Positions 11,726-22,050 of a stretch of 64,000 nt of DNA are shown piece by piece. The DNA is from Candidatus Gastranaerophilales bacterium (GTDB lineage Bacteria > Cyanobacteriota > Vampirovibrionia > Gastranaerophilales > Gastranaerophilaceae). Made by a program: the position numbers and the translations under genes. The stretch is taken from positions 36,380 through 100,379 of the forward strand of contig CANQNW010000007.1 in assembly GCA_947625305.1 (NCBI GenBank). Direction: 5' to 3'. The stretch's first letter is position 1; every line of letters begins with the position of its first letter. The notes under the pieces are model-generated. The model was not told the origin of the DNA. It saw nothing but the letters and a program-made list of their open reading frames with translations, and ran no database searches.

Positions 11726-12763
11726 TTAATTAGAAATATTATCTTTAATATTTGTGGATATTTCAGAGAATGCTCTTATATTTTCAATATTTTCTTCAAG
11801 TGTATTAAGAGTTTCCGAAATACCTTTCTGCATATTTTCTATAACTTCAAGCACGTCATTTGTTATAACCTGTTGATCTATCGACGAGGTAAGAATATCG
11901 TTTAATTCTGTTCCTAATTCATTTATTTTGGAGGTTATACCGGAAATATTATCACTGATAGCAGAGGCAAATTTAACACCCGTTTCAATTTCTTTAGCAC
12001 CGTCTTCAGTAGCCATAACGGTTGAAGATGTTGTTTGTTCAATTTCACTGACTAAAGAAGTAATTTTATTTGTAGCTTGTTTGGATTCATCTGCCAATTT
12101 TCTTATTTCGCCTGCAACAACGGCAAAACCTTTACCGTATTCACCTGCTCTTGCCGCTTCAACCGCAGCATTTAACGCAAGCATATTTGTCTGCTCCGAT
12201 ATATTTTCAACTATACTTACGGTTGAACCTATTTGTTTTATATAATCCGTTAATTCTATAATTAATTCGGCTATTACTTGTACTTTGTGTTTTAATGTTT
12301 GCATTGATGTAATATTTTCCGTAATTAATTTTATTTCATTTTCTGATTCTTCACGGGTTATTTGTACTTTTGATGATAAATTTTGTGTTTTTTCTTTTGT
12401 TTTTATTGCACTATTTTTGAATTGCTTTGTTGTTTGAACTACATCATTTAACATTTGTGTATATTTATGGGTAAGTTGTCGTTCTTTTTCGCTCAGCTGT
12501 AATACCTTTACGGATATTTTTTGAAATTCCTTTAATTCATTATCTATTAATTTATCGATTGATTTTAAAAGTTCATTCTTTGAAATTTGATATTGTGCGA
12601 AATATGCAAATAAAGCTGCAATTGTGGAAAGAACCATTACCGTTTTATTTTCAACAAATATTACAATTGCAACTATTATTATAGTTGCCAAACCTAAAAT
12701 AATTGTATCTTTAATATTTTTCTTTGCTAATCTGTTAATAAGACCTACATTATTGCCTGCCAT
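11726..12763 (-). CDS. Methyl-accepting chemotaxis protein (short, no periplasmic sensor domain)
   Basis: Conserved signalling hairpin [38 protein letters not shown]. Two closely spaced N-terminal TM helices with almost no intervening loop. Confidence 0.85.
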   Translation of the reverse strand: MAGNNVGLINRLAKKNIKDTIILGLATIIIVAIVIFVENKTVMVLSTIAALFAYFAQYQISKNELLKSIDKLIDNELKEFQKISVKVLQLSEKERQLTHKYTQMLNDVVQTTKQFKNSAIKTKEKTQNLSSKVQITREESENEIKLITENITSMQTLKHKVQVIAELIIELTDYIKQIGSTVSIVENISEQTNMLALNAAVEAARAGEYGKGFAVVAGEIRKLADESKQATNKITSLVSEIEQTTSSTVMATEDGAKEIETGVKFASAISDNISGITSKINELGTELNDILTSSIDQQVITNDVLEVIENMQKGISETLNTLEENIENIRAFSEISTNIKDNISN

Positions 12764-12856
12764 ATTTTACTCCTTTATATAAAATTATTATAGTTTATAT
12801 TTTGGATTTTATAATCATTAATTTATAGTATAATCATTATAAAGGTTAATGTAAAA

Positions 12857-13888
12857 ATGAACAATAATTACGAAATATCAGTATCTCAACCTGTAAATAA
12901 TATGCAGGATTATTACATAATTTTTGAAATAAAAAATAAGCAATATGCGATTAATATAAATAATGTAATTGAAGTAATAAAATTACCGCAAATTCATATA
13001 CCCGAAACAACACCGTTAGGAGTTGCGGGATATATAAATTATAATAACTGTTCAATAAACGTAATTGATTTATATCCCCTTTTAGGATTTGAAACACCTG
13101 CTTTTTCGGTAAACAACCAACTGATAATAACTTGTTTTGAAGATTTATGTTTTGCTGTTCATACGGAAAAAATTATTACAATTAAACTTCTTGAAAATAA
13201 TAAAATTGAAACTTTTCCTTATGAGACGGATGTTTCAATAATTAAAGAGATTTTTCATGACACAAATGAAGATATTCACATTATAAACATTGAAAGTATA
13301 AAAAAAATAATTGAAATTAATAAAACGAAAGAAAATCGTATAAATTATTCGGAGTTATTGCCAAAAGATGATAAATCGCTTGAAATATTAAAAGTAAGGT
13401 CGGATTTAAATAAAAAGAACGCAGTTTTATTTTCTTTTCCCGTAGATTATAACTCGGTAAATCAATATATACTGTTTAATTTAGGAAAACATAATTATTA
13501 TCTTGATTTAAAGTACATTAAAGAATTTGTATCCTTAAAAAGATTAAATATAACAAAACTGCCATACACAAAGGATTTTATAAAAGGATTAATTAATATT
13601 AAAGGAGATTTTCTTGTTGTTATTGATTTAAAAAACTTTTTAAACGATGAAAAAACGGAAATAAAAGAAGGAAGTAAAATAATAATAACTCAAGGTAAAA
13701 ATTTTAATATTGCATTATTGGTGGATGAAATTAAATATATAAAAAATTTAAAAAATATTCCGAAATTAAATTTTAATTATAATAATGAATATATATCTTA
13801 CGAATTTATGGAAGAAAATGAGTTATACAGCATAATAAATTATGAAAAAATCATAAATGACGAAAGAATTTATATAAATCAAAGTTAA
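12857..13888 (+). CDS. cheW: Double CheW-domain coupling protein
   Basis: Two CheW-like modules (YIIFEIKNKQYAININNVIEV... and YILFNLGKHNYYLDLKYIKEF...GLINIKGDFLVVIDL). Divergent from mcp-cheA. Confidence 0.7.
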   Translation: MNNNYEISVSQPVNNMQDYYIIFEIKNKQYAININNVIEVIKLPQIHIPETTPLGVAGYINYNNCSINVIDLYPLLGFETPAFSVNNQLIITCFEDLCFAVHTEKIITIKLLENNKIETFPYETDVSIIKEIFHDTNEDIHIINIESIKKIIEINKTKENRINYSELLPKDDKSLEILKVRSDLNKKNAVLFSFPVDYNSVNQYILFNLGKHNYYLDLKYIKEFVSLKRLNITKLPYTKDFIKGLINIKGDFLVVIDLKNFLNDEKTEIKEGSKIIITQGKNFNIALLVDEIKYIKNLKNIPKLNFNYNNEYISYEFMEENELYSIINYEKIINDERIYINQS

Positions 13889-14292
13889 TTTTTAGAAGCG
13901 GCTTTAAGTCTTGCCATGGCTCTTGCAATAGCGGCATTAGCTATTTTAACATCTCTTGGAGTTTGAGCGGAGGATAAACTTGCCTCAGCCCGTTCCTTAG
14001 CAAGTTTTGCTCTTTGCGCATCAATGTCGGAACTCATTTCTGCAGCTTCCGTTAAAATAATAGCTTCATTTTGCTTAAACTGAAAAGCACCGCCTATAAT
14101 AGAAAATATAATTTTATCACCATTCATCAGGATTTCAGCCGTGTCAATATCAAGAGCAGCCATAAAAGGTATATGATCGGGCAATATACCGAAACTTCCG
14201 TTAACTCCTTGTGCGGTTATGGAATCGACATCATTTTCAAAAACAATTTTTTCGGGAGTAATTATTTTTAAATGTATTTTTTTATCGCTCAT
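13885..14292 (-). CDS. atpC: F1 ATP synthase epsilon subunit
   Basis: 135 aa with the typical N-terminal beta sandwich (LKIITPEKIVFE, GSFGILPDHIPFM) and a C-terminal helical hairpin. Immediately downstream of atpD. Confidence 0.9.
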   Translation of the reverse strand: MSDKKIHLKIITPEKIVFENDVDSITAQGVNGSFGILPDHIPFMAALDIDTAEILMNGDKIIFSIIGGAFQFKQNEAIILTEAAEMSSDIDAQRAKLAKERAEASLSSAQTPRDVKIANAAIARAMARLKAASKN

Positions 14293-14303
14293 AATATTAC
14301 CCG

Positions 14304-15710
<1,407 letters not shown>

Positions 15711-15758
15711 TCACCTTTTTCCATAATCTGATAAATTTATTATACAATTAATTTGAAT

Positions 15759-15790
15759 AAAAAAAAACTCTCAAATTTGAGAGTTTTTTA
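15759..15790. terminator. Bidirectional intrinsic terminator downstream of the 295-aa hypothetical gene
   Basis: The palindrome AAAAAACTCTCAAA / TTTGAGAGTTTTTT is flanked by A and T runs. Confidence 0.7.
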
Positions 15791-15810
15791 TTTTCGTTCT
15801 TTCCCGTAAT

Positions 15811-16698
15811 TTATTTATTCATATCAACACAATAATCGATTAATTTGCCTTCTGTATTAAATTGATAATCTTTACTAAATCTATGTTCATACCTTGGATT
15901 TTGAACTATATTTTCCATAACAAATGACAAAGTATTACTGTTTGGGTCAAATCCATATCTTTTATCAATATTAACAAAACATCCGGGCCATCTATATGTA
16001 AAACTCTTATATTCAAAATTAATTCCTTCGGTAATATATTTAACATTATCGGGTTTATTTACATCCCAGCTGAAACTTCTGTCTGCGGATTTCTTTATTT
16101 TACTCTTTTTTACATTTTCACTAAGAGTATATAAAACTAAATCTTTTTTTGTTTTTCCGAGCGGGATACCATATTTATAAACTTTTTCAGCTTCATATCC
16201 ATCTTTAAAACTGCCTTTAAATCCTTTATATACTTTAAATCCGTTTTCACTATCCAAAATTATGTTTTTTTCACCGTTTACCGCTGTAACTTCTATAACG
16301 GATTCGGCATAGCCTTTTGAATTATTTTTAAATATTACATCTATTTGATTATTATTTTTATCAGTCCAAGAATATATTTGATGACTACCATCTTGTGTCA
16401 GTTCTATTTCTTCGGATTGATTTTTTATAACAGATTGACAATATTCATAAAATTCTTGTGTCTGCTTTAAAACATCATATCCTTCTTTTTTTAGTTTTAC
16501 GGCATCATTTTTAGCTGTTTTTGTACAGTACTTTTTTAACTCTTCCGCGCGATTTAAAACTTCTTTATCAAATTTCGGTTCTTCTAAATAAGATTTTTCC
16601 GTTTGGAATAAACCGTTAAAAGAAACATTCTTATTAGAACGCATTTTTAAAGATTGTATTGTTTGTTGATTAACACTGTTAATTGCAAAAATTTTCAT
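15811..16698 (-). CDS. Hypothetical protein carrying the MKI...SFNG N-terminal leader
   Basis: 295 aa with a GAGG RBS 6 nt upstream of the ATG and lineage-typical K/N/E/Y-rich composition. No signal peptide or TM. The N-terminus is MKIFAINSVNQQTIQSLKMRSNKNVSFNGLFQ. Confidence 0.55.
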   Translation of the reverse strand: MKIFAINSVNQQTIQSLKMRSNKNVSFNGLFQTEKSYLEEPKFDKEVLNRAEELKKYCTKTAKNDAVKLKKEGYDVLKQTQEFYEYCQSVIKNQSEEIELTQDGSHQIYSWTDKNNNQIDVIFKNNSKGYAESVIEVTAVNGEKNIILDSENGFKVYKGFKGSFKDGYEAEKVYKYGIPLGKTKKDLVLYTLSENVKKSKIKKSADRSFSWDVNKPDNVKYITEGINFEYKSFTYRWPGCFVNIDKRYGFDPNSNTLSFVMENIVQNPRYEHRFSKDYQFNTEGKLIDYCVDMNK

Positions 16699-16771
16699 AT
16701 TTACCTCTCATCTTTTTAACTAAGGATATTATAGAGAAAACCAAACATAAAAAAATTTGCTAAGAAATTAT

Positions 16772-18385
16772 TTATTTAAAATTATTTTTATCTGATAATC
16801 TTGAAAATTTTATATTATTTAATTCTTCCTCGGTGAATTTACCGCCTGAGTTATAAAATTCTTTCATTGCCTGCTCTTCATCAACATAATAATAATTTGT
16901 TTCTTTATTAAATTCTTCTTTATAAACTGACGGGTAATATACTTCTTTATAAAATAGTTGAAACGGAATCTCCGGTGATAATACAAATGTATTTTCATAT
17001 TTATATTTTGGAAGTAATATATTTTTTTTATTGTTTAAAATATTATATCTTAATATTTTTTCTACCGAATAACTATATTTTTTAAATTCTATATTCAAAA
17101 GAGTAAAATTTTTCGTACTTATGTATTTATGTATGGTTTTATAACTTGCAAAGGATGCAATGAAAATACATATTACAGAACTTATTATATATAAATTTTT
17201 CTTACTTATTTTATTTTTATAAGTATTCATTATATTTACATATAAATAGTCAATAAATATATAGAACGGAATAAGTAAAATTATATAATTATAAAATTTA
17301 ATATCTAAATGTTCGAGCCAATATTGTCCTTGTATATAATATGTTTTTTCGCAAAATATTAGCATATAAATTACAAGTTCATTTATTATTAATAAATATA
17401 AAGGAAACAGGACTTTCTTTATCTCTTTATTTTTTATTGCAAATATAAAGCAGAATACAATTAAAATAATTGTTATTATCCAAAATAAACTTATATCCGA
17501 AAAATAAATTTGAAAATATTTGCTTGAAAATTCAATAAAATTAGTACAGAAAGTACCGATAAGATTGTCATTTACCCTGCCGTCATATACACTTACATAT
17601 CTGGTTGCATGTGAATATTTGTAAAATGTAATACAAGCCGTTAACAAAATAATATAAAAAATGATATTTAAATTAAATAAATATGAATTATTAAGATTTT
17701 CTTTAACATGTTTATTAAAAAAAGATAATAATTTAAAAAATACATTATTAAGTATGATAAATATTAATAAAAGTAAAACGGAATATATTCCTATCTCTAA
17801 ATTTGTGACGGCTAAGAAAGTTAAGATAATTATTAAAGGAATATTGAAAAAGTTTATTTTTTTTCCTTCTTGAAAGAAATTTTTATATAAATAAAAGCAG
17901 AGAAGGGAATACAACATTGCAGTTACGGCATATCTGTAATAATTATGAGCAGAGTGAATCATTTCAAAATTGAATTTAAAACTATAAAAATAAAAATACA
18001 GGAAGGATACATAATAAAATAATGAAAATAAAATTTTTGATTTATTATAAAAAACAGAAAATCCGGAAACAGTTAAAAGTAAAATAACCGTAAAAATTCC
18101 TTTAATTGTACAGCTTGGAATTCCGATAAAATCTGAGGGATGAATACCTAAAAATATAGGGAGCCTAAAAGTCAGTAATTGATTTAAAAATGTACATAAA
18201 TACCCCCCCCCATGGGTTTGAAATCCAAATGATAAACAGTCAATAAGCCTTGAATTTTTTGTATATACTCCGCAAAAGTCATCACCAAGGATTATATTAT
18301 ATCTTCCCAAATAAGCATTTGTTAATACAATTAATAAAGATATTATAAAAATGATTATATAAAATAATAAATTATTTTTTTTCAT
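16772..18385 (-). CDS. Polytopic membrane protein (surface glycan/lipid modification candidate)
   Basis: At least 12 predicted TM helices plus a soluble C-terminal tail of about 100 aa. The start is either the ATG at 18385 (MKKNNLLF) or the TTG at 18415. It contains the G9 tract. Confidence 0.6.
   Translation of the reverse strand: MKKNNLLFYIIIFIISLLIVLTNAYLGRYNIILGDDFCGVYTKNSRLIDCLSFGFQTHGGGYLCTFLNQLLTFRLPIFLGIHPSDFIGIPSCTIKGIFTVILLLTVSGFSVFYNKSKILFSLFYYVSFLYFYFYSFKFNFEMIHSAHNYYRYAVTAMLYSLLCFYLYKNFFQEGKKINFFNIPLIIILTFLAVTNLEIGIYSVLLLLIFIILNNVFFKLLSFFNKHVKENLNNSYLFNLNIIFYIILLTACITFYKYSHATRYVSVYDGRVNDNLIGTFCTNFIEFSSKYFQIYFSDISLFWIITIILIVFCFIFAIKNKEIKKVLFPLYLLIINELVIYMLIFCEKTYYIQGQYWLEHLDIKFYNYIILLIPFYIFIDYLYVNIMNTYKNKISKKNLYIISSVICIFIASFASYKTIHKYISTKNFTLLNIEFKKYSYSVEKILRYNILNNKKNILLPKYKYENTFVLSPEIPFQLFYKEVYYPSVYKEEFNKETNYYYVDEEQAMKEFYNSGGKFTEEELNNIKFSRLSDKNNFK
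18203..18211 (-). repeat. Homopolymeric G9 (C9 on + strand) tract inside a CDS
   Basis: The + strand reads TA-CCCCCCCCC-ATGGG. The coding strand reads CAT GGG GGG GGG TAT (H-G-G-G-Y). Confidence 0.9.
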
Positions 18386-18541
18386 AATAATTAATATTAT
18401 ATCAATTGTAACCAATTAGCAAATAATTAAATATTTAATTTGTTTTTTGTAGTATTATAAAAACAATATTAAAAATTTTAACATACAAAGGGAGTATGAT
18501 TACGGGATAAATTAATATGGCTTTTATTCTGAGGAGATATA

Positions 18542-19972
18542 ATGCTTTTTAATTCAATAGAATATATTTTTGTATTTTTACCGTTAGTTTTTATATTGTA
18601 TTTTTTATTAAATAAATTTAAACTTTATAAGACTTCAACAATATTTCTTTTAATTGCATCTCTTATATTTTACAGGTTCTATAAAATTGAATATGTATAT
18701 ATATTAACTGTTTCTGTTATTGTAAATTACTTATTAAGTCTTTGTTTTGATTTAAATTTAAATCAAAAGAAAAGAAAAATATTATTAGCCTGTTCAATAA
18801 TATTAAATGTAATAATACTTTTAGGCTTTAAATATTTTGTTATGGTGGCAAATATATATACGCAAATTAATAAAATCCCGTTTAATCCTATGGAATATAT
18901 AATACCTTTAGGAATAAGTTTTTTTACCATACAGGAAATCTCTTATCTAATTGATTGCTATAAAGGTGAAATCAAAGAAAAAAATTTCTTTGATTATGCT
19001 CTTTTTGTTTCCTTTTTTCCGCAATTGGTTGCAGGCCCTATAGTGCGTTATAATGAAATGATTCCGCAATTTAAAGATATAAGTAAGAAAAGTGTAAATC
19101 AACAAAATATATTTACGGGAATTTTTCTAATAACTGTCGGATTATTAAAAAAAGTTATCTTGGCAGATAATTTTTCTGATTTTATAGAAATAGTAATGAA
19201 ATTTGATATTTATAAAGACTTTTATTGTTCTTGGTTTTTGGGGCTTTCTAAAGTACTTCAGGGATATTTTGATTTTTCGGGATATTGTGATATGGCTTTA
19301 GGCTCTGCATATATATTTAACATAAGTCTGCCCTGGAATTTTAATTCTCCTTATAAAGCGCAAAGTATTATAGAGCATTGGTCAAGATGGAATATGACAA
19401 TGATGAGATTTCTAAAAGATTATATTTATGCTCCTATTGTTAATAATTCAAATAATTTATTAAAAATATGCATGGGGTTTATTATTGTATTTTTTATTTA
19501 CGGAATATGGCAAGGCTCAAGTGCTGTAAATGTTGTTTACGGATTATTAATCGGTGTATTTGTTTGTATTAACTTTTTATGGAATCGCTTAAATATTAAA
19601 ATACCTAAAATACCCTCTATCTTTATTACATTTTTAACTTTAATTATTTTAACTCCTTTTCTTGGAGTAAAAAGCCTTAATGAATCCTTTTTAATATTAA
19701 AAACAATGTTTGGTTCCACCGATAACTTTTATCATTTGGTAATTAACGGAATATATTTAAAATTTGTTCCTTGTGAATTTGATTTAAAAATAAATATATT
19801 GATTTTAATTTTAAGTTTTTACTTAATATTTATAAGTAAAAATTCAACTCAATTGGCAAAAATATATGCCGAAAAAAATAATATTTTTTATACAATACTT
19901 CTTGCAGTAATATTATTTATAAGTACACTATATATAACAAAAAGCACTCCTTTTATTTACTTTGCATTTTAG
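18542..19972 (+). CDS. MBOAT-family membrane O-acyltransferase (AlgI/DltB/PatA-like)
   Basis: 476 aa and polytopic. The conserved MBOAT region is EHWSRWNMTMMRFLKDYIYAPI. Confidence 0.85.
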   Translation: MLFNSIEYIFVFLPLVFILYFLLNKFKLYKTSTIFLLIASLIFYRFYKIEYVYILTVSVIVNYLLSLCFDLNLNQKKRKILLACSIILNVIILLGFKYFVMVANIYTQINKIPFNPMEYIIPLGISFFTIQEISYLIDCYKGEIKEKNFFDYALFVSFFPQLVAGPIVRYNEMIPQFKDISKKSVNQQNIFTGIFLITVGLLKKVILADNFSDFIEIVMKFDIYKDFYCSWFLGLSKVLQGYFDFSGYCDMALGSAYIFNISLPWNFNSPYKAQSIIEHWSRWNMTMMRFLKDYIYAPIVNNSNNLLKICMGFIIVFFIYGIWQGSSAVNVVYGLLIGVFVCINFLWNRLNIKIPKIPSIFITFLTLIILTPFLGVKSLNESFLILKTMFGSTDNFYHLVINGIYLKFVPCEFDLKINILILILSFYLIFISKNSTQLAKIYAEKNNIFYTILLAVILFISTLYITKSTPFIYFAF

Positions 19973-19980
19973 GAATAAAT

Positions 19981-21147
19981 ATGAATAAAGTCGTAAGAAA
20001 TAATTTAATATTTATATTTACTTTTATACTTCTTTGTACCGGTGTATTTTTCTTAAACAGATACAAAGATCCGTATAATATAAAAAATGCAATACAAAAT
20101 AACTGTTTGGATTTTCATTCCTTAAGTCCGGATTTATATTATACAACAATTAATTTATCAAAAAATAAAAAATATGACTATATAATAATTGGTTCTTCAG
20201 CTGCTCACTTATTTAAATTTGTGGATTTCCTGGCGAAAGAAAATAAAAATATTGCAATTTTAAGTTTACCTATGGTTTCTTCAATAGAACAATATGAAGT
20301 ATTAAAGTATTTTCTTGATTTACATCCCGAAGTAAAAAAGGTTCTGGTTTCTTTGGAATATGAAGTTTATATTCAATGTTTTACGGAGCCCAGAATTAAA
20401 AATAAATCTAAAAATATACTCTCAGATATTATAAGATTATATTTTTCTATTGATGCTACAAAAAAATCTTTAAATATAATATTTGATGAATTGGGCAAAT
20501 ATTTCTCCGCTTTTAATCAAGCACAAGCACTTGATAAATGGCATAATTCAGAACCGCTTTATACATATAATGAAAAACGATTTTATAATTACAGTTTAGA
20601 TGTTTGTGATTATACGGGATTGGCAAATTTTAAAAAAATATACAATTTACTGACTTTGAGGAATATTAAAGCGGTTTATTTTATTCCGCCCTGCCATGCG
20701 GATTATTTATCAATCGCATACCTTAATAATAAATATCCGGCAATTGAAAACTTTAAAAGAGAAGTAGCTAAAATTACACCATTTTATGATATGGGTTATT
20801 TAAATTATTATACTCTTAAACCTTTAAAATATTTTTTTATTGATGCTTTTCATGTAAATTGCCATATTTTGGGAAAAAGAATCTTTAATATATTATTAAA
20901 AAATGAATTAGATAAAAATTTAACTGTATATATTACAAAAGATAATGCAGATACTATTTTAGATAAACAAAGAAATGATTTAATAAATTATGTTAATGAA
21001 AATAAAACCAGGTTGGTTGAGTTTGAAAAAAAATATAAATATATTAAGGATATTTCTCCGTATATAATACCTGTTTATCCCGAGGATATAAAAAATACAA
21101 TTTTGGAAAAATATTATTTAGAAAATAATCCGGATTTTTCATTTTAG
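19981..21147 (+). CDS. Single-pass membrane protein, probable MBOAT partner (DltD/AlgJ-like candidate)
   Basis: N-terminal TM (LIFIFTFILLCTGVFFL) followed by IIIGSSAAHLF, reminiscent of the GSS block of DltD-type SGNH-like proteins. It starts 9 nt after the MBOAT stop. Confidence 0.4.
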   Translation: MNKVVRNNLIFIFTFILLCTGVFFLNRYKDPYNIKNAIQNNCLDFHSLSPDLYYTTINLSKNKKYDYIIIGSSAAHLFKFVDFLAKENKNIAILSLPMVSSIEQYEVLKYFLDLHPEVKKVLVSLEYEVYIQCFTEPRIKNKSKNILSDIIRLYFSIDATKKSLNIIFDELGKYFSAFNQAQALDKWHNSEPLYTYNEKRFYNYSLDVCDYTGLANFKKIYNLLTLRNIKAVYFIPPCHADYLSIAYLNNKYPAIENFKREVAKITPFYDMGYLNYYTLKPLKYFFIDAFHVNCHILGKRIFNILLKNELDKNLTVYITKDNADTILDKQRNDLINYVNENKTRLVEFEKKYKYIKDISPYIIPVYPEDIKNTILEKYYLENNPDFSF

Positions 21148-21948
21148 ACTTTCATTCATACTGCCTGTTCTATATCCTTTTAGGTCTAAAGAGATGTATA
21201 TAAAACCGAATTTCTTAAAATCATTAATAATTTTTTGTCTTATTTCTTTTTGCATTATTTTATTAAATTCATTTTCATCAATTTCTATTCTTGCCAATAG
21301 ATTATGAATACGGACTCTGACTTGATGAAATCCTAAATCTTTAAGAAGTTGTTCTGCTTTATCAACCATTTGTAATTTTTCTTCAGTAATGGTTTCATTG
21401 TATGCAAATCTGGAGGAAAGGCATGCTGATGATTGTTTTTCTGCCGTACTTAGATTGTAATCTTTAGAAAGATTTCTTATTTCTTCTTTTGTTAATTTAA
21501 CTTCTTTTAAGGGACTTTTTATTCCGAGTTCTTTTAAAGCCTGCATTCCGGGTCTATAATCACTATCGTCATCAATATTTGAACCTTCAATAATATTTTC
21601 AATGTTATTTAGTTTTGCTGTTTCTTTTATTGTTTTAAATAATTCTTTTTTACACAAATAACAGCGGTTTGGCGGATTATTTTTAAATCCTTCAATATCC
21701 AGTTCATTAAATTCAATAATTATATGTTTAATTTTTTCTTTTCTGCAAAATTCAATAGCTTCATTTAATTCCTTTTGCGGAAAAGAATGAAAATTTGCGC
21801 TAATTGCTATAATATTGCTGCCAAGTACTTCTTTTGCTATTTTTAATAAGAAGGTTGAATCAACACCTGCCGAAAAAGCAATTGCCGCTTTATTTAAATC
21901 CTTCAGATAATTTTTTAATTTTTCTAATTTAGTATACATACATTGCAT
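21139..21948 (-). CDS. larE: PP-loop ATP pyrophosphatase, LarE-like sulfur transferase family
   Basis: PP-loop AFSAGVDSTFLL and conserved Cys region NRCYLCKKELF, in a roughly 270-aa protein. The start is ambiguous (ATG 21948 or 21939). Confidence 0.7.
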   Translation of the reverse strand: MQCMYTKLEKLKNYLKDLNKAAIAFSAGVDSTFLLKIAKEVLGSNIIAISANFHSFPQKELNEAIEFCRKEKIKHIIIEFNELDIEGFKNNPPNRCYLCKKELFKTIKETAKLNNIENIIEGSNIDDDSDYRPGMQALKELGIKSPLKEVKLTKEEIRNLSKDYNLSTAEKQSSACLSSRFAYNETITEEKLQMVDKAEQLLKDLGFHQVRVRIHNLLARIEIDENEFNKIMQKEIRQKIINDFKKFGFIYISLDLKGYRTGSMNESLK

Positions 21949-22050
21949 ATTATCATAAAAAATACTCGGACAATATTATCTTTTTGGTTATGGAATATTA
22001 AGAAAAATTAGTGTATTATAAACTTATCAGGGAATTTTTGAGGGTTTTTT

